NCBI GenBank assembly: GCA_903946925.1
Contig: CAJAXK010000213.1
Coordinates: 4,444 to 68,443 of the forward strand
Direction of reading: 5' to 3'
Origin: an uncultured Bacteroidales bacterium
GTDB lineage: Bacteria; Bacteroidota; Bacteroidia; Bacteroidales; UBA4417
Length of the DNA: 64,000 nt
Under the pieces are notes generated by a model, which was not told where the DNA came from, searched no databases, and saw nothing but the letters and a program-made list of their open reading frames with translations. Every line of letters begins with the position of its first letter. Position 1 is the first letter of the stretch. This document shows, in pieces, positions 56,069 to 64,000 of the stretch. A program made the position numbers and the translations under genes.

Positions 56069-56920
56069 TTAATTTCCTTTTCCCATTACACCTATCTGCT
56101 TCAACTTCTCTATAGAACCACAATACACATTAAAATCAACACTTCCCTTAATCCCATCCACCTTTCCTCGTTCACTGTGCTGCCAGAATGTCCAGGGCGT
56201 TTCAAACTCATTATAAAAACGGTCGTGATCGAAATAACCGGCAATCCATAAAGGATAATCTTCAAAATTACCTTTGAGGTACGTATTGTAAAAATTAATA
56301 TTGGTGTAAATAATGGGTTTAACAGCATAATGTTTCTCAAGCTTTGTCAGGAATATTTTCAGTCCCTCGCGAATTTTGGTTGCCGATTTCCGGTTACTCT
56401 TTTCAATATCAACAACTGGCGGCAAATCGCCTTTACTGAGTTTCACCATTTTTATAAAGTTATCGGCCTGTTTTGCAGCATCCCTTGATGGATAATAAAA
56501 ATGATAGGCGCCACGCATCAATCCGTTTTCAGCCGTTTGTTTCCAATTGGTTATAAATTTTTCATCTTGCCTTGTTATGCCTTCCGAAGCTTTTATAAAA
56601 GCAAAAGCAATCCGTATCCCATTCTTTTCCATAAGGCTAACCCTTTTCCAATCAATATTTCCCTGATGTTTTGAAACATCAATACCATGCACACTATATC
56701 CTTTTGGTACAATAATGCCAAACGATTCAACCTTTGGTGCAATTTGTTCCTTTAATGGTGATTTACTGCTGAAAAAGGATGGAAGTCTAATAATCAGATA
56801 CATAAAAAATAATATTCCAGCCGGGATAATCAGCAATCTGAAAAGTAATTTGAAATTTGTGTGTGTGTTCATACCAAAATTATTATGCTTCAGCCATTTC
56901 GTTAGGCCTACCTGATGCAA
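56069..56920 (-). CDS. GH25 family lysozyme (muramidase), membrane-anchored
   Basis: HGIDVSKHQGNIDW...FAFIKASEG...GAYHFY. Confidence 0.85.
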   Translation of the reverse strand: MHQVGLTKWLKHNNFGMNTHTNFKLLFRLLIIPAGILFFMYLIIRLPSFFSSKSPLKEQIAPKVESFGIIVPKGYSVHGIDVSKHQGNIDWKRVSLMEKNGIRIAFAFIKASEGITRQDEKFITNWKQTAENGLMRGAYHFYYPSRDAAKQADNFIKMVKLSKGDLPPVVDIEKSNRKSATKIREGLKIFLTKLEKHYAVKPIIYTNINFYNTYLKGNFEDYPLWIAGYFDHDRFYNEFETPWTFWQHSERGKVDGIKGSVDFNVYCGSIEKLKQIGVMGKGN

Positions 56921-57067
56921 ATGGATTGAAATCTAATTTATACAGAAAACGGTTCTTCAGAAATCCGGAATTTCAATGTAATTTTGTACTGATTTAAAAT
57001 ATTCTTTCACCTTGCTTACCTTCAACGGAATTCAAAAGTCAATTGTTTTACCACAAAGAAAATAAAT

Positions 57068-57706
57068 ATGCTTAACGACGTAGTAACCATTGAAAAGAAA
57101 CATACCAATGCCGCATCCACCCTTTTTGATCGGGTGATCCGCGACAGGAAACCTAAATTTATAATTTCAATTTCGGGCGAAGTTGGCACAGGGAAATGCG
57201 AAATTGCGCACGAATTGGGCAGGAAACTTATCGAAACTGGAATCAGTGTTAAGCTGCTGCACATGGACAATTACTACTTTATCCCACCACTCGAGCGACA
57301 GGAATGGAGGAAAAAGAACGGTTTGGAAAAGATTGGATATGATGAGTACGACTGGAATTATGTGAACCGTAACATTGATGATTTCCGCATGGATTTAAAG
57401 TCGGTAGTGCCTGTTGTTGATTTATTTACACAGAAAGTCGATCAACTCCACACCGATTTTAAAGGAATTGAAGTCCTAATAATTGAAGGCTTGTATTCCA
57501 TAAAAATCAACCAAAGCGATTTAAGGGTGTTTATTGAACTTACTTACGAAGATACCTGGCAGGAGCAAAACATGACACATAAAGAGATATTGGATGATTT
57601 CCGTCTCGAAGTTCTTAAACATGAGCATACCGCAGTTCAGAAACTCAAATCTCAAGCCGATTTTTACATTGATTTCGATACAGCTGGAGAAATTTTCCAT
57701 CTTTAG
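57068..57706 (+). CDS. P-loop kinase, uridine-kinase/PRK-like
   Basis: ISGEVGTGKCEIA P-loop, LLHMDNYYF. Confidence 0.55.
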   Translation: MLNDVVTIEKKHTNAASTLFDRVIRDRKPKFIISISGEVGTGKCEIAHELGRKLIETGISVKLLHMDNYYFIPPLERQEWRKKNGLEKIGYDEYDWNYVNRNIDDFRMDLKSVVPVVDLFTQKVDQLHTDFKGIEVLIIEGLYSIKINQSDLRVFIELTYEDTWQEQNMTHKEILDDFRLEVLKHEHTAVQKLKSQADFYIDFDTAGEIFHL

Positions 57707-57708
57707 AA

Positions 57709-57752
57709 CAACCCCAAAACCCTAAACCCCAAAACCCTAAACCCCAACCCCT
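57709..57752 (+). repeat. C-rich telomere-like tract (14-nt period), G-quadruplex motif on the minus strand
   Basis: caaCCCCaaaaCCCtaaaCCCCaaaaCCCtaaaCCCCaaCCCCtac, lying between a stop codon and the next ATG. Confidence 0.8.
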
Positions 57753-57759
57753 ACGATAT

Positions 57760-59040
57760 ATGAGCCAAAAATATAAATTCCCCGAGTGGGCCATAAACCA
57801 GGTAGTTTATGAAGTAAACCTCAGGCAATATTCGCCAGGTGGAACCATTACCGAGTTCAGGCAGCATTTGCCAAGATTAAAGGATTTAGGGGCCGGAATC
57901 CTTTGGTTTATGCCAATACAACCTATCGGGATCAAAAACCGCAAAGGCACCCTTGGCAGTTATTATTCCATTAGCAATTACTGCGAAATGGATCCTGCTT
58001 ATGGCACAATGGAGGAATTTGTTAGCCTTGTAAAAGAAATCCATTCTATGGGTATGTACGTTATCCTCGATTGGGTGGCAAACCATACGGCATGGGATCA
58101 TATATGGATTGATGAATTTCCTGATTTTTATAAAAAAAACGAATTAGGGGAAGTATTTCCGCCATTTCCCGAATGGGAAGATGTTGTTGGGCTAGATTAC
58201 TCGAATGATGCATTGCGCTTGGAGATGATTTTGAGCATGAAATTTTGGATTGAAACAGCCGATATTGACGGGTTCAGATGCGACATGGCCATGCTTGTGC
58301 CAACAGATTTCTGGAACCAGGCACGAAAAGAATTAGAAACGCTGAAGCCTGTATTTATGTTAGCTGAAGCCGATCAACGCGAACTGACCGAGGAAGCCTT
58401 TGACGTACTCTACAACTGGAATTTGATGCATGTGTGGAACGATATTGCCCAAGGCAAGTATTCGGCAGTAGAAATACGCTGGCGAATTCCTTCCGAAATC
58501 ACTGATTTTCCGCAAGGTTCAGAAAATTTGATGTTTATAAGCAACCATGATGAAAATTCGTGGAACGGGTCGGAACTTGAGCGATTGGGGCTTTCACTCG
58601 AAACATTCGCGGTGTTGATTTTCACCCTTCCTGGAATGCCGCTCATTTATTCAGGTATGGAAGCTGGCAATTATCGTAAACTTAGTTTTTTCGATAAAGA
58701 CTGCATCGAATGGAAAGAAGATAAAATGGCGGCCCTCTACTCGAAACTTGCGCATTTGAGGATGCAGAACCCAGCTTTGTGGAGCCTACAGCCAAAATCT
58801 GGTTTTCAACTACTTACCACCGACCGCGATGATAAAGTTTTGTGCTTTACACGCGAAAGTGCAAGTAAAAAAGTTTTGGTAGCCTTAAACCTGAGCACAG
58901 AGCATGTAAATTTCAGGTTCACAGGGTTAGGGTTCCAAGGCCGATATATTAATGTTATGGATCAAATGCATGTAATTATGGGCGACACACCATGTTTTTC
59001 GCTCAATGCCTGGGGTTACAGGGTTTGGGAAAGTGTTTAA
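57760..59040 (+). CDS. GH13 alpha-amylase-family glycoside hydrolase
   Basis: DGFRCDMA (region II), FMLAEA (region III), FISNHD (region IV). Confidence 0.85.
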   Translation: MSQKYKFPEWAINQVVYEVNLRQYSPGGTITEFRQHLPRLKDLGAGILWFMPIQPIGIKNRKGTLGSYYSISNYCEMDPAYGTMEEFVSLVKEIHSMGMYVILDWVANHTAWDHIWIDEFPDFYKKNELGEVFPPFPEWEDVVGLDYSNDALRLEMILSMKFWIETADIDGFRCDMAMLVPTDFWNQARKELETLKPVFMLAEADQRELTEEAFDVLYNWNLMHVWNDIAQGKYSAVEIRWRIPSEITDFPQGSENLMFISNHDENSWNGSELERLGLSLETFAVLIFTLPGMPLIYSGMEAGNYRKLSFFDKDCIEWKEDKMAALYSKLAHLRMQNPALWSLQPKSGFQLLTTDRDDKVLCFTRESASKKVLVALNLSTEHVNFRFTGLGFQGRYINVMDQMHVIMGDTPCFSLNAWGYRVWESV

Positions 59041-59080
59041 TTTTTTTTTCGGCAAAACGCAAAACAAAACAATGATTTAT

Positions 59081-59088
59081 TACTTTTG
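59081..59088 (+). promoter_or_regulatory. Bacteroidota -7 promoter box (TActTTTG) for tRNA-Gly
   Basis: 12 nt upstream of the tRNA 5' end. Confidence 0.55.
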
Positions 59089-59099
59089 CATCCTACAAG

Positions 59100-59172
59100 G
59101 CGGAAGTAGCTCAGTTGGTAGAGCATCAGCTTCCCAAGCTGAGGGTCGACGGTTCGAACCCGTTTTTCCGCT
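59100..59172 (+). tRNA. tRNA-Gly (anticodon CCC)
   Basis: Hand-folded cloverleaf: acceptor gcggaag/tttccgc, D arm gctc-agttggta-gagc, anticodon arm tcagc-ttCCCaa-gctga, T arm gacgg-ttcgaac-ccgtt. No encoded CCA. Confidence 0.9.
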
Positions 59173-59182
59173 CTAAAAATCA

Positions 59183-59220
59183 AGCAGTTAGCAAATTTTG
59201 TTAGCTGCTTTTTTTATTTT
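59183..59220 (+). terminator. rho-independent terminator after tRNA-Gly
   Basis: 12-bp stem (agcagttagcaa/ttgttagctgct, two G.U pairs) followed by a T8 run. Confidence 0.7.
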
Positions 59221-59674
59221 TCAACATACAAAACATTATAAATTGCTCCATTTTATGTTGATTTTCGATCAAAAATATAGTTCAAAAGTGAGCATATTGA
59301 TAAATCAGCGAAGAGTAACTTTAGATTTAAAACAGGTATTTTTATAAGAAATCACAAAATAATGTCTATTCACTTCCTTTTAAATAAATAGTACAACAGG
59401 ATTCTCAGGCAACGGAAACAACAAGCATGACCAAAAACTAAAATGGGGTTCGGTTTATTTACAAGTGTATTTTGATAATTGTATTGTACTTTGCCTAAGA
59501 GATTGTAAGTCTTTATCGGCTTGTGACAAAGCAGCGCATTTAAATGATTTGCAACGAAAGGAGGAATAGTTGCATACAATGCTTTAAATTTGAAGAGTTA
59601 AAATTAAAATACATACCAGTAAAATTTAGGCTCAACATAAAAACGCAATTATCATTATCCAAATAAAAACACAA

Positions 59675-60670
59675 ATGTGGTTCGAAAAATTAACAGGATT
59701 CAAGGAAGAAAACCCCGAACAAGTCCGGAAAAATCTGGAAATTGATGGCACGAAATTGATTTCTAAGATAAACGGTGCTGAATACACCTTTGGTCAACTC
59801 GAAGTAGTTTCGTTGCACAACTTGCGGAAACGGGCATTGCCATGCATGCATCACAGAGCGAAAATCAGTATTTCGGAAGTGGTTGGTAATATTCAGGCCA
59901 TGCATGAAGCGCCTTCCAACGCAGGGGCAATGATTCAGGCAGCATCCCAATTTAACCTTCTTGAAATGATTAGGCCAAATGTTACACCTGAAAGGGGCGT
60001 TGGAATTTATGAAAATGATTACACCCAAGGGCCTGCTTGTGCCATTGCCTGCGGGGCAGGGACAATTTACAGGAATTATTTTGCAGATGTCAACGGACAA
60101 ATTGGGCAATCAGCTAATAATCAGATAGACTGTTTAAAACACATTGGAATTGAGTTAAAAAACGACAGTTTAAAACTTTGGGAAATGCAAAATGGTTATG
60201 CATTAGCAAAGGATATTGATAGTCTGAAAGTTATTGCTGCACAAATTAATAACAAAACGGAACAGGACTATGAGGATTTGAAAGGATATTTGAGCATTGG
60301 CATTCAATGGGATACAGAAGTTACAATAAGCAAAAAAAAGCAACTTGTAACCCAGGCTTATTGTTCAGCATTGCCAGTACGATATTCGGCTATCCACTCC
60401 TGTTACTGGAAGGAATTTGCATGCTTGATTTTAGAAGCAACTTATGAAGCAACCTTATATGCTGCGTTACTGAATTTTGAGAAAACTGGGAACAATAAAA
60501 CCTATCTCACATTAGTAGGAGGCGGCGCGTTTGGAAATAAAGAAGAATGGATAATTAAAGCAATGCAAAAGGTTTTTTTCAAATTTTCAGAATCGCCTTT
60601 GGATGTCAGTATAGTTAGCTATGGAAAATCAAACCAAGCGGTGATTGAATTGATCAAATCAATTAGTTGA
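59675..60670 (+). CDS. hypothetical protein; weak resemblance to macro/PARG-like ADP-ribose-binding folds
   Basis: 331 aa. C-terminal LTLVGGGAFGN resembles the G-rich diphosphate-binding loop of macro/bacterial-PARG proteins. The central AASQFNLLEM...TQGPACA segment is unassigned. Confidence 0.4.
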   Translation: MWFEKLTGFKEENPEQVRKNLEIDGTKLISKINGAEYTFGQLEVVSLHNLRKRALPCMHHRAKISISEVVGNIQAMHEAPSNAGAMIQAASQFNLLEMIRPNVTPERGVGIYENDYTQGPACAIACGAGTIYRNYFADVNGQIGQSANNQIDCLKHIGIELKNDSLKLWEMQNGYALAKDIDSLKVIAAQINNKTEQDYEDLKGYLSIGIQWDTEVTISKKKQLVTQAYCSALPVRYSAIHSCYWKEFACLILEATYEATLYAALLNFEKTGNNKTYLTLVGGGAFGNKEEWIIKAMQKVFFKFSESPLDVSIVSYGKSNQAVIELIKSIS

Positions 60671-60759
60671 AATTGGTTGATTTCCACTAAAAGCCAACCC
60701 CAATCCAACTATATTCCCTGTGTTGTCCTGAATGCCTAAAATAAATCTTCAACAACTTC

Positions 60760-61047
60760 CTATTTGGTCACTCCAAGATGATGAGCCACATTGGCAAGTT
60801 TGGCATTTAGTGTCCCAATGGTTAAAGGGTCATGGTTAGGAACAGTGATATTCTGTTGGCCGTTTTGTTGTTTTGAAAGCCGAACATGGTTTCCTGTTTG
60901 TCTGCGAATTCGGTAGTCGGAATTTTGAAATGCATTAATAAAACCTGAAGCATCAATATTACTAGGGAGTTTCATAAAGCAAAAGTTTACTCGCGGGTAA
61001 CATGCAAACGGATCAGTCTTGCCATTTCTACTTCCATAAAATGACAC
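60760..61047 (-). CDS. HicA-like toxin (likely start near 60975), no intact partner
   Basis: MKLPSNIDASGFINAF...RRQTGNHVRLSK...ITVPNHDPLTIGTLNAKL fits the HicA pattern (GSH...vP.H...l..GTl..il). Confidence 0.55.
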   Translation of the reverse strand: MSFYGSRNGKTDPFACYPRVNFCFMKLPSNIDASGFINAFQNSDYRIRRQTGNHVRLSKQQNGQQNITVPNHDPLTIGTLNAKLANVAHHLGVTK

Positions 61048-61264
61048 CTTACTGCAATACTTATTAAGGGTATTAGTTCTTCGAACTTATGCTCCAGGGT
61101 GAAAATAGAATGATTGATTGGTCAGGCAAAATAACTACCATCTTGTGAATCATCTACTAAAAATAAATTATTTCTTTCTAAAGATTAATTTGATTTTTCG
61201 GTATAAAAATTAAAAAAAAAATATTTTCCTTCCAGTCTGGGTATTTTAACATCCAGGTGTCTTT

Positions 61265-61290
61265 CCCCAAACCCCCAAATCCCAATCCCC
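61265..61290 (-). repeat. G-quadruplex-capable tract directly after the lolA stop (G-rich on the sense strand)
   Basis: Plus strand CCCCaaaCCCCCaaatCCCaatCCCC. Confidence 0.75.
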
Positions 61291-61305
61291 AACTCCTTTA
61301 AAAAC

Positions 61306-61938
61306 CTACCTCATATCATTAACTTCAACTCCCGGATGTTCGGCTTTATTGAATGAAAACACCGAATCCGCCAAAGGTTGATCGGAAACAAATTTATCAA
61401 CTAAATACGAAAACGTACTGCCGTTGCGATCGTAAATAATAAACTTGCTGATCTGTTTTTTTGTTTTGTCAATGGTAAGGCGCACTTTGGTAAATGTTTT
61501 GCCTTTTTTGAGCGGATAAAGCTCTATAACCTGGTCGTTTCCTTTTTCTTCGATAAATTTCGATTTAAAATCCTTGTTGTACCCACTTAACAGCTTGGTT
61601 GGGGTAAAGGAGTCGTCATCGTTACCGGGACTGTTTATCTGTACCTCGTTTGCATCTTTCAAATAAGTCCAAACCGTTTTTCCATCGCTTATTACATCTT
61701 GGCCGGCTGCTGTAAGTTTGTATTTATCGCCCTTCGATAGCAGCGAGCCTTTAAATTTGTCATGGATTTTCTCTTTTTCGTTATCCATGGCATACGTAAA
61801 ATCAATCTTTATTGTTTTGAACGATTTGGCTTTTATTGAAACTTCGTCGAGTATGGCCGTTGCTTTTTTATCGTTTTGTGCAAAACCTGCAATAGATAAA
61901 GCTACAAAAGCAGCAATTAGGAAAATGTTCTTTGTCAT
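61306..61938 (-). CDS. lolA: LolA-like outer-membrane lipoprotein carrier
   Basis: Signal peptide, about 210 aa. It lies immediately downstream of ftsK, as is typical in Bacteroidota. Confidence 0.65.
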   Translation of the reverse strand: MTKNIFLIAAFVALSIAGFAQNDKKATAILDEVSIKAKSFKTIKIDFTYAMDNEKEKIHDKFKGSLLSKGDKYKLTAAGQDVISDGKTVWTYLKDANEVQINSPGNDDDSFTPTKLLSGYNKDFKSKFIEEKGNDQVIELYPLKKGKTFTKVRLTIDKTKKQISKFIIYDRNGSTFSYLVDKFVSDQPLADSVFSFNKAEHPGVEVNDMR

Positions 61939-61956
61939 GATTGGTTAATTTAGATT

Positions 61957-64000
61957 TTAGTATTCTTCTGTTTTTCTATTGCTGTTCAAATCTTTCAAAA
62001 ATTGTTCCAAAGCGAATTCGGTGGCAACTTTTACTTCGCGGGCCTTGCTGCCTTCAAATGGGCCTACTATGCCAGCGGCTTCAAGTTGATCGATTATTCG
62101 GCCTGCGCGGTTGTAACCAAGCTTTAATTTGCGTTGCAAAAGGGATGTGGAGCCTTGCTGCGATGCCACAATCATATAGGCGGCATCTTCAAAAAGCTCG
62201 TCGCGCTCGCCCGGATCCAATTCCTGTTGAACTTCTGATTCCTCTTCGTTGAACTCTGGAAGTGCAAATGCAGTCGGGTAGCCGCGCTGCGAACCAATAA
62301 ACTCGGTTACGCGTTCCACTTCGTGGGTATCAATAAAAGCACATTGTAAACGAATCATATCGCCTCCTTGCGACATCAGCAAGTCGCCACGGCCAATCAA
62401 CTGATCAGCCCCACCTGTATCGAGGATTGTGCGCGAATCTATTTTTGAAATAACCCTAAAGGCAATACGTGCCGGGAAATTGGCCTTAATGGTACCCGTA
62501 ATAATATTTACGCTTGGGCGTTGGGTTGCAATAACCAAATGTATGCCAATGGCACGTGCAAGCTGTGCAAGGCGGGTAATTGGGTGCTCAACTTCCTTGC
62601 CTGCAGTAAGTATAAGGTCGGCAAACTCATCAATTACCACAACTATGTATGGCATAAACTTATGGCCTAACAATGGGTTGAGCTTTCGGGCAATAAATTT
62701 GGTGTTGTATTCCTTTATATTCCTAACCTGGGCATCTTTCAGCAGGTCGTAGCGGTTGTCCATTTCAATATTCAACGAATTGAGCGTGCGCACCACTTTT
62801 CGGGTGTCGGTAATAATCGCCTCTTCCGAATCAGGAAGTTTTGCAAGGTAATGCCGTTCTATTTTCGAGAAAAGGGTAAGCTCTACTTTTTTGGGGTCAA
62901 CCATCACAAACTTGAGTTCCGATGGGTGTTTTTTGTACAATAACGAGGTAATTATTGCATTTAACCCAACCGACTTTCCTTGACCTGTTGCACCAGCCAT
63001 TAGTATATGCGGCATTTTGGTAAGGTCGGCTACAAATTCCTCGTTCGAAATTGTTCGTCCGATGGCAAAAGGAAGGTCGTAATGGTTGTTCCTGAATTTG
63101 TCGGAAGTAATAATGGTTTTCATCCCTACAATAGCGGGATTTTGGTTCGGGACCTCGATGCCGATTGTTCCTTTTCCTGGAATAGGTGCTATTATACGTA
63201 TTCCTAAGGCCGAGAGGCTCAATGCAATATCATCTTCCAGGTTTTTTATTTTCGATATACGCACGCCGGGGGCAGGAATAATTTCGTAAAGCGTTACTGT
63301 TGGACCAATGGTAGCCTTGATTTTGTCAATCTGTATCCCATAATTCCCCAAAGTTGAGACGATGCGGTTTTTATTGGCCTCTAATTCATCTTTGGTAACA
63401 CTAATTGTGCCTGTTCCATATTCGTCGAGCAATTCGAAGCTTGGAAAGACAAAAGTTGCCAAATCAAGCCGTGGATCGTAAGCCGTATCCATCGTGTTAT
63501 GAACCTCATCATCTTTTTCTTTTGATGTTGGCTCAGGCTTCCTGATTACAGGCTTTGGGGCTGTAACAATTGGTGGTACAATGGTAAATTCAGAATCTGA
63601 AACCTGTTTTATAGGTTCGTTTGATTCAACAGTAAATTCAACCTGTGAACTGCCCTGTGGCTTTGCTTTTGGCATTGAAACAGCCTCAAATTGGGTATTA
63701 GTGGCCTGTTCGTTGCCCGAATTTGGCTTTGGTTGTGCAACGGGTTTAGGTTCAACTTTTTCGAAATCGTTCACGGCAAACTCAACGGTATTGTATTTGT
63801 CAACGGGTATATCCTGAAACGAGTTACGCGTATTAATCACAAATTCAGGATCTTGGTTTAAGATGCTTCCATCTGGGTTAACATTGTCGCCCTCTTTTCG
63901 GTTTTTTAACCAAGGTTTGATTTTTTGGAACGAAAAATTATAGGCTACAACCAAAAAAGCTACAAAAATGAAAATCAAAAGCAACATGAGGCCGATTTTC
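61957..64000 (-). CDS. ftsK: DNA translocase FtsK/SpoIIIE (N-terminus beyond the window end)
   Basis: Walker A GATGQGKSV, Walker B VVVIDEFADL, gamma winged helix GSTSLLQRKLKLGYNRAGRIIDQLE. The frame is still open at 64000. Confidence 0.9.
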   Translation of the reverse strand, partial: KIGLMLLLIFIFVAFLVVAYNFSFQKIKPWLKNRKEGDNVNPDGSILNQDPEFVINTRNSFQDIPVDKYNTVEFAVNDFEKVEPKPVAQPKPNSGNEQATNTQFEAVSMPKAKPQGSSQVEFTVESNEPIKQVSDSEFTIVPPIVTAPKPVIRKPEPTSKEKDDEVHNTMDTAYDPRLDLATFVFPSFELLDEYGTGTISVTKDELEANKNRIVSTLGNYGIQIDKIKATIGPTVTLYEIIPAPGVRISKIKNLEDDIALSLSALGIRIIAPIPGKGTIGIEVPNQNPAIVGMKTIITSDKFRNNHYDLPFAIGRTISNEEFVADLTKMPHILMAGATGQGKSVGLNAIITSLLYKKHPSELKFVMVDPKKVELTLFSKIERHYLAKLPDSEEAIITDTRKVVRTLNSLNIEMDNRYDLLKDAQVRNIKEYNTKFIARKLNPLLGHKFMPYIVVVIDEFADLILTAGKEVEHPITRLAQLARAIGIHLVIATQRPSVNIITGTIKANFPARIAFRVISKIDSRTILDTGGADQLIGRGDLLMSQGGDMIRLQCAFIDTHEVERVTEFIGSQRGYPTAFALPEFNEEESEVQQELDPGERDELFEDAAYMIVASQQGSTSLLQRKLKLGYNRAGRIIDQLEAAGIVGPFEGSKAREVKVATEFALEQFLKDLNSNRKTEEY

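Noticed and set aside
57709-57752. CCCTAAA-type repeats as true telomeres or eukaryotic contamination
   Set aside because: The tracts are 25-60 nt, internal, flanked by ordinary bacterial genes and imperfect. They are a bacterial low-complexity family.
61073-61153. 26-codon ORF (MIHKMVVILPDQSIILFSPWSISSKN) upstream of the HicA-like gene as a HicB remnant
   Set aside because: Only a vague resemblance to HicB N-termini (PVIL..D). It is too short to support.
59173-61305. Direct repeat of the tRNA-Gly 3' end (att site) downstream of the tRNA
   Set aside because: I could not find a copy of ggttcgaacccgtttttccgc or a substantial part of it by eye. A computational search is needed before claiming an island boundary.

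Overview
This window reads as a Bacteroidota chromosome segment. It is AT-rich (roughly 38-40% GC by eye), has TAnnTTTG-type -7 promoter boxes, carries FecR/ECF, PorT and DUF1573 surface biology, and uses Shine-Dalgarno sites little. I call about 70 protein genes, one tRNA-Gly(CCC), one cobalamin riboswitch, several intrinsic terminators and a set of short dispersed repeats. Layout: (1) 1-4.6 kb is the right end of a phage/satellite-like replication and lysogeny-switch module. It holds a primase that the ORF track misses because it runs off the window edge, an SSB-tail protein, and a divergent cro-position/CI-type pair. (2) 4.6-6.5 kb is a decayed junction: a YoeB pseudogene, a RelE/ParE pair, hairpin repeats and about 660 bp without ORFs. 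(3) 6.5-41.6 kb is mostly housekeeping: arfB, a B12-riboswitch-controlled btuB with a beta-propeller lipoprotein, a sigma54 activator, ADP-forming acetyl-CoA synthetase, an ECF/FecR cluster, floA-nfeD, clpS and ubiE-porT. (4) 41.9-55.4 kb is an accessory signalling island and the most interesting part. An HDAC-family deacetylase is followed by three tandem, diverging copies of a coiled-coil/DHp pseudo-kinase plus receiver module; copies 2 and 3 are each preceded by a decayed HDAC 3' end inside a ~265-bp near-identical leader. Next come a convergent operon (a membrane M48 protease with a ~380-aa C-terminal extension, a helical protein and a CheY-like receiver) and a tightly linked (overlapping or near-abutting) radical-SAM(twitch)/dual-specificity-phosphatase pair. 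(5) 56-64 kb holds GH25, GH13, tRNA-Gly with a small islet (a possible macro/PARG-like protein and an orphan HicA-like toxin), lolA and a partial ftsK. A family of G/T-rich, telomere-like low-complexity tracts sits at gene ends throughout; three are canonical G-quadruplex motifs. All functional calls rest on motif recognition by eye, with no database search. Coordinates of elements I located myself may be off by 1-2 nt.
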